64,000 bases of DNA from Desulfovibrio sp. (GCA_020060185.1 JAGVAS010000056.1:3734-67733), one strand, 5' to 3'; positions 11,675-22,528 are shown, counted from the first letter of the stretch. Notes: a model not told the origin generated them from the sequence alone. Translations and numbers: made by a program.

Positions 11675-14226
11675 GATTTACCTTCCAGTATATTCACTCC
11701 TTCGATATTGTCCTGCAAACGACTGGCTTTGGGATTAATGTACTGGAAACCAAACTCTCCTGATTCAAATTTGTCGGAGTCAAAAAGTTCTTTCCTGGTA
11801 TAAACGCCCCCCTCGAACTCAAAAATCCCGGGCTGGGTGCACTGCAAGAACGTCTTTACGGGCAGATTTCTTTTTATTAACGCCTTCCAACCCTGAATGA
11901 AAAAGGGATAGGGGTCCTCGAGGACTGTCCTGATGATAATATCGTAAACAAATTCACTTCCTTTAAGAATAAAGTCCGCTTTTTCATTGCCTGGGTCAAG
12001 GGAAACTGTAACTATCTCCTTGTTGAAATTACCCAGTTTTAGCTTCTGGGGCAATGCCTCTTCAGTGTCGCTGCTTCCCGTTCTCCAGTACAAAAGGTAG
12101 CCTCCAACTTTTTTTTGCGGCAGTACCAGAAAACGGTAAAGCAGCAGCCCTCCGGCATAGATAAATATCCCTGCCAATATGATTATTAAGGCAATAAGAA
12201 AAACAGAAGAGATAAGTTCTGCAAAATTCCTTAAAAAGGCTTTCCCCGGGGTTACAATTTCGATGGCAATCTCCAGCCTGGAGGGTATCACGGTAGTAAG
12301 GTCGTTTTCGGCATTAAAAACCACCGGGAGAGAATATTTCCCTTTATTCAGGCTTCTATGAAGGTTAACATCCAGGTTTATAGCTTTCTCCTCCCCGGGT
12401 TCAAGGACAAGCCTGGACTGGAGAAAGCTGCCTAGGCTTTGCAGCTGCTCCATAACCAGGGTTTCTTTAAAAGCAGATTCATTTTTAATGTTTACGGGAA
12501 AGGATAAACTTTTTCCCGCCAGGGACCAGTAGCTCTGCCGGGGGAGATTAATTTGCACTGTTCCGGGAGGATGGACAGCAATATCACCTATGTTTTTTTC
12601 CAGGAAAAAATCTCTTCCCGTGTATTCACCTACAGCCAGCAGGTAAGCTTTAGCTATACCCTGCCGTTCAAAAGTAAAACGATTCGACCAGATGCCATCG
12701 GCTGCTTTGATATCTCCGTATTGCTGGTTGCCGTTGTCATAAAGGGGTAAAGTAACTTTAGTACCGTTTTCGTAAGTTAAAATCAGGTTAAAGTTTTCAA
12801 CCTTAAGCTCACGGCCCTCCAGCAGGCGCTTTCCTCCTAGATTAAGAGAGGCCGTCACGACAAGCTCCTCTCCCATCCGGTATCCTTCTTCTGCCCAGAA
12901 ATCGGTCGTCAACACCGGCAGCATTTTTACGTACACTTTGGAAAAAGAGGTGTTTACCACTTCATCCTCAAGTAAAAGGCGCAGCAGTAATTCATAGGTG
13001 CCCGTTTTATCAACCGGTTCATAACTGCCGGTAAAATACCCGCCTTCTGCAGTAAGCGGTACAACCACAGGTTGTTCCAGTCCCGATTTCTTAAGCTGAA
13101 CTTCCGCTTTTAAAGACGTATCCTGCAGATGCTCCCCTCCGGTAACCTTTACTTTAAAACGAAAAGGTTCGTTTAGGGGGTGCTGGGAAGAAGGTGCTGG
13201 TTCTTCCAGCCAGGCCTTGATAAAGAGGTCCATATCCCCCAGGACCCTTACCGATCCGCGGCCGGAAACGGTAGCCTGCCATTTTCCCCGGTAAGCTTCT
13301 CCCGGCTGGTGAAGGATAATCATGCTGTAATTCTGCTGTTTGTTTACTGTTAAACCTTCAACCGGCCCTGTATCCCCCTGGAGGGGAACGAGGGACATCT
13401 CGCAATCTCCGGCGGAAAGGTTTACCGCTACGAGGTTGACCTGGCGGGTATATTCATCGACCCAAAACTCAAAGGTCCTTGGTGCTCCCGTTTGGAGGGA
13501 ATAGGTATCCTCCAGTAACCCTTTTCTGTTTTTCAGGTTTCCCAGCAGTTCAAAAAAACTTACTAGCAGTTCTCCCGGTTCATTTAGAATGTAATATTCT
13601 CCTTTGGTATCGAGCGAGATCCTGCTGATAACCTCGGGGTCTATCTCACTGCTGAAGCCCACCGTGTAGATGGGATAACCCTCCAGGGCGAAATGTCCAA
13701 CCACATCCCACAGGGATTCCATATAAGAGGTCATAAAGGCGGCATCACGGCTCCGCCTGGGGTTGGGATCCGGTTCTCCGTCTGTGAGGAATACCACGAC
13801 AGGACGCGCACCCTCGATACCTGCATCCTGTAATTGGCCAAAGGCGGTTTCCAAGGCAACCTTAAAATCAGTATTGCCCCGGGGCTGCAATTTGGGGGAA
13901 AGCGTCTCCTTAAAAATTTCCTTTGTCGAGGAGCTTGTGACCTGCTGTAAAGGAACCACCACTTCAGCATCCTGGTCAAAAGTAATAATGCCCAGGTAAT
14001 CGTCTGGGCTTAACAGATCTATAAATATACGGGCCGCGGTTTCCCTTAACCTTTGGGGATCGGTATAGCGCATACTGCCCGAAGTATCAATTACCAGGAT
14101 GATAGCCAGGGTTTCCTGGCTAAGAGCTTCCTGTGCCTGAAGAGTATATTTCCCCCCGAAAGTAATTAACTGGAATAATATCGTTAAAAGTAGAAGTATC
14201 AGGCTGTAGCTCTTTTTTAACACCAT
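11671..14226 (-). CDS. von Willebrand factor A domain protein with signal peptide and C-terminal TM anchor (Tad-locus accessory, possible pilus-associated adhesin)
   Basis: 851 aa; MIDAS-like LVIDTSGSM...D...TDG motifs near the N-terminus; TM helix near residue 700. Confidence 0.7.
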   Translation of the reverse strand: MVLKKSYSLILLLLTILFQLITFGGKYTLQAQEALSQETLAIILVIDTSGSMRYTDPQRLRETAARIFIDLLSPDDYLGIITFDQDAEVVVPLQQVTSSSTKEIFKETLSPKLQPRGNTDFKVALETAFGQLQDAGIEGARPVVVFLTDGEPDPNPRRSRDAAFMTSYMESLWDVVGHFALEGYPIYTVGFSSEIDPEVISRISLDTKGEYYILNEPGELLVSFFELLGNLKNRKGLLEDTYSLQTGAPRTFEFWVDEYTRQVNLVAVNLSAGDCEMSLVPLQGDTGPVEGLTVNKQQNYSMIILHQPGEAYRGKWQATVSGRGSVRVLGDMDLFIKAWLEEPAPSSQHPLNEPFRFKVKVTGGEHLQDTSLKAEVQLKKSGLEQPVVVPLTAEGGYFTGSYEPVDKTGTYELLLRLLLEDEVVNTSFSKVYVKMLPVLTTDFWAEEGYRMGEELVVTASLNLGGKRLLEGRELKVENFNLILTYENGTKVTLPLYDNGNQQYGDIKAADGIWSNRFTFERQGIAKAYLLAVGEYTGRDFFLEKNIGDIAVHPPGTVQINLPRQSYWSLAGKSLSFPVNIKNESAFKETLVMEQLQSLGSFLQSRLVLEPGEEKAINLDVNLHRSLNKGKYSLPVVFNAENDLTTVIPSRLEIAIEIVTPGKAFLRNFAELISSVFLIALIIILAGIFIYAGGLLLYRFLVLPQKKVGGYLLYWRTGSSDTEEALPQKLKLGNFNKEIVTVSLDPGNEKADFILKGSEFVYDIIIRTVLEDPYPFFIQGWKALIKRNLPVKTFLQCTQPGIFEFEGGVYTRKELFDSDKFESGEFGFQYINPKASRLQDNIEGVNILEGKS

Positions 14227-14237
14227 AATACTCCTCC

Positions 14238-15167
14238 TTATAACATGTTCCCAAATGCCTGCATAATCCTAATAAAAGCCGGGCCCAAAAGAACCACGAA
14301 CAGTGCCGGGAAGATAAAAAAAACAAGGGGGAAAAGCATTTTAATAGGAGCCTTCATGGCGGCCTCTTCTGCCCGCTGACGGCGTTTCTGCCTCATCGTC
14401 CCCGCCTGAATACGCAGGGTGCTGGCGATATTGCTTCCCAGTTGTTCCGACTGGATGATGGCGCTGACAAAGGTGCTTAAATCCGTCACTCCGGTACGCC
14501 TGACTATCCCCCGCAGGGCCTCTTCACGTGTTTTACCCATGCGCATTTCATCTAAAGCCCGGGAAATCTCTTTGTTGAGGGCACCGGATGACTGCTCCAC
14601 CACCCGTTTCAAGGACATGTCAAAACTTAACCCCGCCTCCACGCTTACCAACAGCAGATCCAGGATATCCGGCAGGGCTTTCTGGATCTGCTTCTGGCGC
14701 TTCAAAGCCCGTGAATTAACCATATTTAAAGGTACCATTGCTCCAACGATAACACCCATGATAACAAGGAAAAATGCCCTTGAACCTTCTGTATGGGTAA
14801 GCCAGACCATACCCAGGGCTAAAAAGCCGAAGAGCGCTCCCATTAAAACTTGTAAAGATATGAAGCTATTAAAATTCATATTCCAGGGATTACCCGCATA
14901 GACTATCTTTTTTTCGATATTATTTCGTATTTCCCTGGGTGTTAAATTTCCCAGGGTATTCCCAATATTGCGGTAGGCAGGTTTAATCAGCCTGTCTAAA
15001 AAGGATTTCCTAAGCTCATCATCTTCTTCGGTTGTTCCTTCAATTTTTTTTATTTCAGAAAGCCTTTCCGCTACCAGGTGTTTGTGGGCAAATGTTGCTT
15101 CATAGGTGGCAATCACCAGCAGTACAATGGTAACAAAAACCATGATGTTTATTATAAGCCCGGGCAT
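14238..15167 (-). CDS. tadC: type II secretion system F-domain protein TadC
   Basis: 309 aa polytopic T2SSF-family protein adjacent to tadB and cpaF. Confidence 0.7.
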   Translation of the reverse strand: MPGLIINIMVFVTIVLLVIATYEATFAHKHLVAERLSEIKKIEGTTEEDDELRKSFLDRLIKPAYRNIGNTLGNLTPREIRNNIEKKIVYAGNPWNMNFNSFISLQVLMGALFGFLALGMVWLTHTEGSRAFFLVIMGVIVGAMVPLNMVNSRALKRQKQIQKALPDILDLLLVSVEAGLSFDMSLKRVVEQSSGALNKEISRALDEMRMGKTREEALRGIVRRTGVTDLSTFVSAIIQSEQLGSNIASTLRIQAGTMRQKRRQRAEEAAMKAPIKMLFPLVFFIFPALFVVLLGPAFIRIMQAFGNML

Positions 15168-15184
15168 ATTCCCACCTCTTTAAA

Positions 15185-16159
15185 TTATACCTCTATATTG
15201 ATGATCTTTTGAATAATGATTATACCTAGAAATTGCATAATTATAGCCAGGACCAGCATTATAATCCCCAGTGTATCCTGGACAAGGGTTAACATGTACT
15301 CCGGGTTCATAACCATCAAAAAGCCAGCTACGGCTATTGGCAGAAGGATAATAATGACTGCTGATAGCCTCCCCTGTGCTGTCAGTGTTTTAATCTCCCC
15401 TTTGATTCTCACCCTTTCCCGGACAGTGTGAGAAATATTATCTAGAATCTCGGCCAGATTGCCGCCCACCTGCTTTTGGATAAGCAATGCCGTGATAAAC
15501 AGGTTGAGGTCATCACTGTCGGTTCTTTCTTTAAGGTTCTGCAGTACTTCCTCCAGAGGTTTTCCCATGCGGTTCTCCCAGATCACCCGGGCAAATTCCT
15601 CTCCGATAGGCAGTCCCATTTCCCTGCTCACCACAGACATGGCCTGGGGAAAACTGTAACCGGCCCTGAGGCCGCTGGAGACAATTTGCAGCGCTTCGGG
15701 AAGCTGCTGTGTTAGGGTGTTTAACCTTTTTGCTTTTTTAAGATTTACGAACAGACCGGGAATTTTAAAGCCTACTATCCCTACCAGTAAAGCTATAAGC
15801 AGGTTTGCCGTCATTAAATAGGTTACACAAAACAAACCTGCACCACAGAAAATTGTCAACCCGATAAATTCTTCAGCGCGCATTAGAATATGGGCACGGA
15901 GAAGCTTCTGTTGGATAGCTTTTAGGTTGGAACGGCGTGAAAGCATTGCTCCCAGCATCCCCGAAAAGTGTAAAAACTCCCCCCCGAAGCCCTTCGCCCT
16001 GGCCGCATCAAACTGCTGCTGCAAGGCGCCGGGACCCATGGTGTGAATTTTTAACCTCTCCATTACGGCCAGGCGGGAAGCAAAAAGGAAATGGTATATG
16101 ACTATTGTAGAAAAAAGTATAGTGAGAAAGGCACCGCCTAAAACAATATAATAAAACAT
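15185..16159 (-). CDS. tadB: type II secretion system F-domain protein TadB
   Basis: 324 aa T2SSF-type membrane protein immediately downstream of cpaF. Confidence 0.7.
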   Translation of the reverse strand: MFYYIVLGGAFLTILFSTIVIYHFLFASRLAVMERLKIHTMGPGALQQQFDAARAKGFGGEFLHFSGMLGAMLSRRSNLKAIQQKLLRAHILMRAEEFIGLTIFCGAGLFCVTYLMTANLLIALLVGIVGFKIPGLFVNLKKAKRLNTLTQQLPEALQIVSSGLRAGYSFPQAMSVVSREMGLPIGEEFARVIWENRMGKPLEEVLQNLKERTDSDDLNLFITALLIQKQVGGNLAEILDNISHTVRERVRIKGEIKTLTAQGRLSAVIIILLPIAVAGFLMVMNPEYMLTLVQDTLGIIMLVLAIIMQFLGIIIIQKIINIEV

Positions 16160-16182
16160 TTAAGGCCTCCAATAGGTCGTTT

Positions 16183-17532
16183 CTAAGTTATTTGTTTAAA
16201 AACATCCATGGTAATGTTTTCCCCAAAAGCCTTCAGTTTGTCCATGCATTTGGGAACTATACCGGTGGGCATATTTTTTCCGATAACCTGGCCTTTTTCG
16301 TTAAGCCCGGTTTGTTTAAAAACAAAGATATCCTGCAAGGTAACAGTGTCCCCCTCCATCCCCACCACTTCCGTTATCTTGACAATTTTGCGGCTGCCGT
16401 CGTTGAAACGGGCCTGGTGAATAATCAGGTCAACAGCGGATGCTATTTGCTCACGGATGGCCCGCAGTGGCAAGTCCATGCCTGCCATCAATACCATGGT
16501 TTCAAGCCGGGCCAGGGCATCCCTGGGATTATTGGCGTGCAAAGTAGAAATAGAACCGTCATGGCCGGTATTCATGGCCTGCAGCATATCAAGGGCCTCC
16601 CCCCCCCTGACTTCTCCAACCACGATACGATCCGGGCGCATCCGCAGGGAGTTGATAACCAGATTACGGATCGTAACTTGTCCCTTACCTTCAATATCGG
16701 GAGGCCGGCTTTCCAGAGTTACAACGTGCTCCTGCCTGAGCTGCAACTCCGCAGCATCTTCAATGGTAATAATCCTGTCCTTCTCCGGAATAAAGCTGGA
16801 AAGCACATTTAAGGTGGTGGTTTTACCGCTGCCTGTTCCGCCGGAAACTAGAATATTTATGCGTGCCCGCACGCAAGCCTTCATAAACCTGGCCATTTCC
16901 CGGGTCATTGTTCCAAAAGAGATTAAATCCTCGGCAGTAAAGGGATCGGTAGCAAATTTACGGATAGTTAGTGTAGGCCCCTTGATAGCCAGCGGAGGTA
17001 TGATGGCATTTACACGGGAGCCGTCCGGCAAACGCGCATCCACCATGGGGGAGCTCTCGTCAATCCTTCTTCCCAACGGGGTAATAATTTTATCTATGGT
17101 ATGAATAACATGGGCGTTATCACGGAAGGTTATATCTGTTTTCATGATCTTCCCATCACGTTCCACATACACGTGCTGACTGCCGTTAACCATGATTTCG
17201 GAAACGGATGGATCGTGAATAAGAGAGTTGATGGGGCCATAACCAAAAATTTCGTCAGAGACGTATTTAACAATTTTCTGCTTATCAGCCTGTGAAAGAT
17301 GCCGCCCAAACTCTTCCAATATCACGTCCACGGTATCATTGATTTGCTCCAGAAACTGTTTCTTTTGAAAAGTATCCATTTTTTCCAGGACGAGGGTATC
17401 ATCCATAGTATCAATAACCTGCCGCAATGTTTCCGTAACGACATCTTCAAGTTCTTTTTTCTTATTTAACGCCGGTTCCCTTAGATCGGGTTTTGTACCG
17501 TTATTTCGAAAAGACTGTTTAGGGGACATCAT
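16183..17532 (-). CDS. cpaF: Flp pilus assembly ATPase CpaF/TadA
   Basis: 449 aa; ILVSGGTGSGKTTTLNVLSSFIP Walker A; VirB11/CpaF-like secretion ATPase. Confidence 0.9.
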   Translation of the reverse strand: MMSPKQSFRNNGTKPDLREPALNKKKELEDVVTETLRQVIDTMDDTLVLEKMDTFQKKQFLEQINDTVDVILEEFGRHLSQADKQKIVKYVSDEIFGYGPINSLIHDPSVSEIMVNGSQHVYVERDGKIMKTDITFRDNAHVIHTIDKIITPLGRRIDESSPMVDARLPDGSRVNAIIPPLAIKGPTLTIRKFATDPFTAEDLISFGTMTREMARFMKACVRARINILVSGGTGSGKTTTLNVLSSFIPEKDRIITIEDAAELQLRQEHVVTLESRPPDIEGKGQVTIRNLVINSLRMRPDRIVVGEVRGGEALDMLQAMNTGHDGSISTLHANNPRDALARLETMVLMAGMDLPLRAIREQIASAVDLIIHQARFNDGSRKIVKITEVVGMEGDTVTLQDIFVFKQTGLNEKGQVIGKNMPTGIVPKCMDKLKAFGENITMDVFKQIT

Positions 17533-17546
17533 TTTACCTCGCCTTT

Positions 17547-18752
17547 CTATTCCACAGCTTCAACAGCGTTTTCACTTTTTTCTATCACTTTTTCCTGGCT
17601 GCTTCCTGAAATTTTACGTGTCAAATCCAGAAAACTGCGGCTTATCTTTGCCCGGGGATAAAGAAGCACTACAGGTATCCCTTTATTCAATGAAGAGGAC
17701 ACCAGCTTGTGTTCTTCCGGTATAATCGCATAAAGATTATAATTTAAAGTCGTTTCTACATCCCTGGTTTTAATATCACTACGGGATTCTGCCCTGTTAA
17801 GCAGCAACTTTATCTTTTGCCTGGGATAATTTAAGGAATTCAGAGATACCATACAGGCTTTGATATTTCGAATAGCAGCCACATCCTGGGTGGTTACCAG
17901 CAAGAGCAAATCAGCTTCCTGGAAAGCAGAGTCAATGGCTTCATAAAATCTTGCCGGCATATCGACAACTACATAATCAAAAAAACTCTGCAGAACCTTG
18001 ATAATGATCTCGATATGCTCCGCATTGATAAATTCGGCCATCTGCGGCTGAGCGTTTGCAGCCAGGACCTTAATCCCGGAGCGGTGCGGGATCAGGTAGC
18101 TTTCCATTAAATCATGGTCCAGGTTGCGTATATCATTGACAACATCCGTAATGGTATAGCGGGGAATTATATTTAAAGCGAGTGCAGCATTACCAAAATC
18201 CAAATCCAGGTCGACAAGAACAACCTTCTCCCTGGTATGCTGTGCCAGGGAAACCGCCAGGTTAGTGGCAATAAAGGTCCTGCCCACCCCACCTTTTGTA
18301 CTAAAGACAGTAATAACCTGGCCCTTCTGGGACTTTTTCTTCAGGACAGAAGTTTTATCCCGGTGGATAACCTGCTTTTTTCTTTCCAGCTGGTAAGTAC
18401 GGTAGATGGAATCTACCAGTTTGGACGGAGAAAAGGGGTAAATCAGCATATCTTTGGCACCGGCAAAGATAGCTTTGCGCATCGTTTCTTCCCGTAAATC
18501 TTCTTCGATCATAATTATGGAGACCCAGGGGGAAGATCCGGTCACCTTTTCAGCCAGCTTGTAACCGTCTCCCGGAACATAGGCTCCAATAAGCATTACA
18601 TCCGGGATAGCCCTGTCCAGCATTTCCAGCGCTTCTTCCGCCGACCCCGCTTCTCCCGTCAAAGTAATATATTCTACATTGGAGAGGATATTAAGAACAG
18701 TTGACCTCTTTTCAGGATCATCTTCTACTATCAGAACCTTTATGTGTTCCAC
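17547..18752 (-). CDS. cpaE: CpaE/TadZ pilus-assembly ParA/MinD-like ATPase with N-terminal pseudo-receiver domain
   Basis: 401 aa; N-terminal REC-like fold (KVLIVEDD) lacking the phospho-Asp (DVMLIG); deviant Walker A VFSTKGGVGRT. Confidence 0.8.
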   Translation of the reverse strand: MEHIKVLIVEDDPEKRSTVLNILSNVEYITLTGEAGSAEEALEMLDRAIPDVMLIGAYVPGDGYKLAEKVTGSSPWVSIIMIEEDLREETMRKAIFAGAKDMLIYPFSPSKLVDSIYRTYQLERKKQVIHRDKTSVLKKKSQKGQVITVFSTKGGVGRTFIATNLAVSLAQHTREKVVLVDLDLDFGNAALALNIIPRYTITDVVNDIRNLDHDLMESYLIPHRSGIKVLAANAQPQMAEFINAEHIEIIIKVLQSFFDYVVVDMPARFYEAIDSAFQEADLLLLVTTQDVAAIRNIKACMVSLNSLNYPRQKIKLLLNRAESRSDIKTRDVETTLNYNLYAIIPEEHKLVSSSLNKGIPVVLLYPRAKISRSFLDLTRKISGSSQEKVIEKSENAVEAVE

Positions 18753-18756
18753 ATTT

Positions 18757-19482
18757 TCACCTCTCCCTGAAAGTTTCGAAGTTATCGGAGTTATAGTAAT
18801 CTAATTCAACTATTTCCTCATCCATAGGGGAGCGTAAGGTTAAATGAAAGGTACCCTTCAGATTTGCATACGCCAGTACTTCAGCCTGGGCCGGATTAAC
18901 ACCCAGTGTAACTGTACTTACAAGATGCCTTTCTTCATTATCTTGTTCTCTTGTAAACTCCCCGGTAGCCAGTACGAGTGCATTTTGAACTACTGTATAA
19001 ACAGTCATTACATCATTAATATCCGGATCGTTATAGGCAACCAGCACATCCACTTTATCACCAGGGGAAACATAACCGGAAACCCCGGGCACTTCACTTA
19101 CAGGGATAGAAATAGCCCGCAGCTTTTCCGGTACCCTGTAAGAAAGGCTGGCCCGTCTTTCTTCCGTAGCAACCCTGCTGGCTAGAACCTGCTCTCCTTT
19201 AACGATATCCGACCTGGAAATACCTCCCACTGCATCAGCCGCATTCCTTAAAGCTTCAGGATGTACAGCCTCCGAAGGAATAGATTCCGTAGTGAGCATC
19301 TCCGCTGTAATTCTGGTATGTCGAGGTATGGTGATTTTAGCTGTAATTACCTTAGTCTGGGAAACAGGAGTCAAAGTAAGTGTGTCGGGAGAAGATAAAT
19401 TCTTAATATATGAATTTAAGGCAATAACGGTTATAAGTCCCAAAAATACTGCTACTATTAAAAGACGTTTGTTGACTTTCAA
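18757..19482 (-). CDS. cpaB: Flp pilus assembly protein CpaB/RcpC (SAF domain plus C-terminal beta-clip)
   Basis: 241 aa; N-terminal TM; C-terminal ISIPVSEVPGVSGYVSPGDKVDVL...AQAEVLAYA motif. Confidence 0.75.
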   Translation of the reverse strand: MKVNKRLLIVAVFLGLITVIALNSYIKNLSSPDTLTLTPVSQTKVITAKITIPRHTRITAEMLTTESIPSEAVHPEALRNAADAVGGISRSDIVKGEQVLASRVATEERRASLSYRVPEKLRAISIPVSEVPGVSGYVSPGDKVDVLVAYNDPDINDVMTVYTVVQNALVLATGEFTREQDNEERHLVSTVTLGVNPAQAEVLAYANLKGTFHLTLRSPMDEEIVELDYYNSDNFETFRER

Positions 19483-19512
19483 TGATTAGTTACTCCTTTC
19501 AAATACATTACT

Positions 19513-20616
19513 TTATTTAATTAAGTGCACTCTCACAGCCCCCGAATTTATAATTCTGGGACAACCATATATAACTTCGATGATATCTCCTGATAGCACA
19601 TGTTGATTTCCTATTTCCTCATAATGGAGATTTTCTGCATATGCAAAAATATATTGACCATTTGAAATTACTTCTCTTCCAGAAAAAGTCTCCACAATAG
19701 ATGGCAGAACCAAAAGAATCCAACCTTTGTAACCCTGTCTTTCCAACCGTATTCCAAGCGGGGAGTTAGCATAATTTGGTGTTACAATAGCTGCAACCTG
19801 GCCGGGATCATTTTTTAGAACCCCGATGGAGCTGTATATAGGATTTTCGATGCCATTTAATAGCACTTGTGAGATATTACTTGCCGAACCGAAATCAGTT
19901 AGATCCAGCAACCCCCAGTTTCCGGATAAGTCAGATCTCCTCCATAAAGAAAAGTTGATTTTATCTTCTTTTTCAATAAGGCAGTCAAGGATATAATAAA
20001 AATGTTCTAATTCGTTCTTCCAATTCAAATCTTTAAAAACTCCATTATTTTTTACATTTATGCGAATGGCTGTTCCAGTACTCCCTGCATCTAACATTAA
20101 TTCAGTACTATCTTCGTGAGTATAAAAAATTTCTCCTACAGTACCACCATTTTTCATGTCCTCTATTTTATTCTCTATGTCCTGGTAGTTAAGAACATGA
20201 AAAGGCAATAAATCCTGTCCCACTATATCTGCTGATGCAGTTGCTTCAGCACTTACAATATAATCATCATTTGCAAACATTTTTCCAAGTAACCGGGGAT
20301 AATTGTCCCTTATTAATACCTTAACTTCCCGGTTATTATTTTGCTTGGTTGCAATTACTATCCCATCTGAAATATTGTGTTTATTTGCATAGGATAATGC
20401 AATTGCCTGAACATCACCGGCTGGCAACTCAAAAGCAGCTGCCAGCGCAGCAGCATCAGCTGCATTTTGTAAATTCCTTCTTTGAAAATAAAGATAGCCA
20501 ACATCTATAACCAGCGCTGTTAACCCAAGTAAAACAACCATAGAGGCTGCAACAATAATCAAGGCTGCACCTTTTTGATCATTTAAAAGTTTAAATATTT
20601 TTTTCACCATACTCAC
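19513..20616 (-). CDS. tadG: TadG-like pseudopilin / Tad_N-domain pilus assembly protein
   Basis: 367 aa; N-terminal AALIIVAASMVVLLGLTALVIDVGYLY...NAADAAALAAA typical of the TadE/G-like N-terminal domain. Confidence 0.6.
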   Translation of the reverse strand: MSMVKKIFKLLNDQKGAALIIVAASMVVLLGLTALVIDVGYLYFQRRNLQNAADAAALAAAFELPAGDVQAIALSYANKHNISDGIVIATKQNNNREVKVLIRDNYPRLLGKMFANDDYIVSAEATASADIVGQDLLPFHVLNYQDIENKIEDMKNGGTVGEIFYTHEDSTELMLDAGSTGTAIRINVKNNGVFKDLNWKNELEHFYYILDCLIEKEDKINFSLWRRSDLSGNWGLLDLTDFGSASNISQVLLNGIENPIYSSIGVLKNDPGQVAAIVTPNYANSPLGIRLERQGYKGWILLVLPSIVETFSGREVISNGQYIFAYAENLHYEEIGNQHVLSGDIIEVIYGCPRIINSGAVRVHLIK

Positions 20617-20638
20617 TTCCTAAAGGAAATACCTTAAA

Positions 20639-21412
20639 TTAAAAACTGCCTGGTTTATTAAAACCTTGATTAATAGGATTTCCATCCCACGTATAGCCTA
20701 ACTTATTTACATTTGTAATTACGATTATGTAATTGCCATCAGGAGCACCATGTATCTGATGAAAAAATCTGGCAACCTCTATAACCGCTATCCCCGATGA
20801 ATTCGTAGTTCCGGGAATTCCTCCGGCATACAGGGAACCATCTTGTTGATCTATTCTTATGTTTACATCTGCACCTTGGATTGGACGATCCAAAGTAATA
20901 GTCACGTTTAAATCATTAACAACTTTAGTGGGATTAATTGAACTGACACCTAAATATTCCGGCGCACCCGGTCCGCCTGATGCAAGTTGCCCTACTTCGA
21001 TACGCATCGATGCTACGGAGGATAGTGGGAAAGTATCCCCTATTATCCTGTTTAAAAACGGCACTACTATATCCACAGAGCCATTTACTGTCACCTTGGT
21101 TTCCTCCCCTACCACACGGTCTAAAGCATTGGCAGGTGTAATAACAATAGAGCTTTCACTAATGTTTACAAAACCAGTCGACGAAGCTGCATTTATAACT
21201 TTTGTTCTAACATTTTCATAAGTTTCTCCCAGAGCAGCCGCACGGACACCTTCTCTGGCAGCATGGGTCATGGAAACCTGGCCATTAAAGATTAAACCAA
21301 ATTGTATAATTCCAAAAAGTATTGGTGGAAGCACAAACACTAATAAAAGAGCGAACTCTACCAATGACTGTCCTTTTTCGTTTGTTTTAAAAAAGGAAAA
21401 GAAATTGAACAA
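20639..21412 (-). CDS. tadE: TadE-like pseudopilin
   Basis: 257 aa; N-terminal GQSLVEFALLLVFVLPPILFGIIQFG TadE signature; non-ATG (TTG) start in the track, which overlaps the cpaA 3' end by 55 nt, so the true start may lie further downstream. Confidence 0.65.
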   Translation of the reverse strand: MFNFFSFFKTNEKGQSLVEFALLLVFVLPPILFGIIQFGLIFNGQVSMTHAAREGVRAAALGETYENVRTKVINAASSTGFVNISESSIVITPANALDRVVGEETKVTVNGSVDIVVPFLNRIIGDTFPLSSVASMRIEVGQLASGGPGAPEYLGVSSINPTKVVNDLNVTITLDRPIQGADVNIRIDQQDGSLYAGGIPGTTNSSGIAVIEVARFFHQIHGAPDGNYIIVITNVNKLGYTWDGNPINQGFNKPGSF

Positions 21413-22035
21413 TATTTTTCACATCCGAATGTATAAAATACTGTTGATAATGGCAATATTTGTCCTCCCAGGTTACTTAAGACAATAAGTGTTCCAAGGA
21501 CTATGGCAACCCCATAAGGCAGAAAAAGCTTTTTTTCCTCTTGCTTTTTTTCACTGGGAGAAAAAAAGAGCGAAAGCCTGTTTAAAAAGGAAAATCCGAA
21601 TTTTAAGTAAAGGACATTTAATAAAGGTACAGCAACTATCGCTAAAATTTTTTTCAAAAAACTAAGCAGTTGACCATTAGCAATTAAAAAAACAATGGCT
21701 AGCCCTCCCCCACATAGTACGGTAAAAAGGGCGGCATGAAATACAAACTGTGCACCTTTCATTGCTCCAATGGCTCCCAGGAGTTTCACGTCTCCTCCTC
21801 CCATACCACCCATTACAAATGGTATTATGAAGAGGCCGATTCCTAAAAGAAGGCCGTAGGAGCTAAATAAAAACCCTTCAAACCTGCCCGTAACTGTATT
21901 TGAAAATAAACCCCAAAGCATGACTGGAAAGGTCAGGAAGTTGGGGATTTTTTTCTTAGTCAGATCAAAGTAGAGTGAGGAAAATAACAAAGAAAAAAGT
22001 ATATATTCGTTAAATTGTAATTCCACAATTAGCAC
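21358..22035 (-). CDS. cpaA: prepilin peptidase CpaA/TadV (A24 family)
   Basis: 225 aa polytopic; GGMGGGDVKLLGAIGAMKG catalytic-Asp region of A24 peptidases. Confidence 0.75.
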   Translation of the reverse strand: MLIVELQFNEYILFSLLFSSLYFDLTKKKIPNFLTFPVMLWGLFSNTVTGRFEGFLFSSYGLLLGIGLFIIPFVMGGMGGGDVKLLGAIGAMKGAQFVFHAALFTVLCGGGLAIVFLIANGQLLSFLKKILAIVAVPLLNVLYLKFGFSFLNRLSLFFSPSEKKQEEKKLFLPYGVAIVLGTLIVLSNLGGQILPLSTVFYTFGCEKYCSISFPFLKQTKKDSHW

Positions 22036-22217
22036 TCCAAAAATTTATTTAAGGAAAAATAGTTACCACATTATTAAAAAGATTCCCAACATGGACATAG
22101 CCAGAACCAAAAAGTTCATAAAAATAACCCTTTCTGACCCCTGAAAACATCGAGGTGTTTTTAAGGGAACCTGCTTCTTAAAAGAAACAGGCTCCCTTTT
22201 TTTTAAATAAGATGTTC

Positions 22218-22412
22218 TTATAAAGCATTAGTAATAGTTTGGAATACATTTCTAATTTGATCGCCTAATAATGTCAAAGCAACAATAACCACAACAGCAA
22301 TCAATACTAGAATAAGTGCATATTCCGCCAAGCCTTGTCCTTCTTCATCCTTAATAAATCTTAAAATCATATTTAACATTTTTATTTTACCTCCATTTAC
22401 TAGGAATTTCAA
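22218..22412 (-). CDS. flp: Flp/Fap family type IVb pilin
   Basis: 64 aa; GQGLAEYALILVLIAVVVIVAL contains the G/XXXXEY processing motif and hydrophobic helix of Flp pilins. Confidence 0.8.
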   Translation of the reverse strand: MKFLVNGGKIKMLNMILRFIKDEEGQGLAEYALILVLIAVVVIVALTLLGDQIRNVFQTITNAL

Positions 22413-22528
22413 TGAAAACGTGGAAAGAAAACCCTCTATAATAATACTTTTCCAACCGCACCCTTTTTCCCCTCATCAGACACCTCCCTAAAAATGGAAT
22501 TATGTTAGAGTGGAATTGCTGGTATGTG

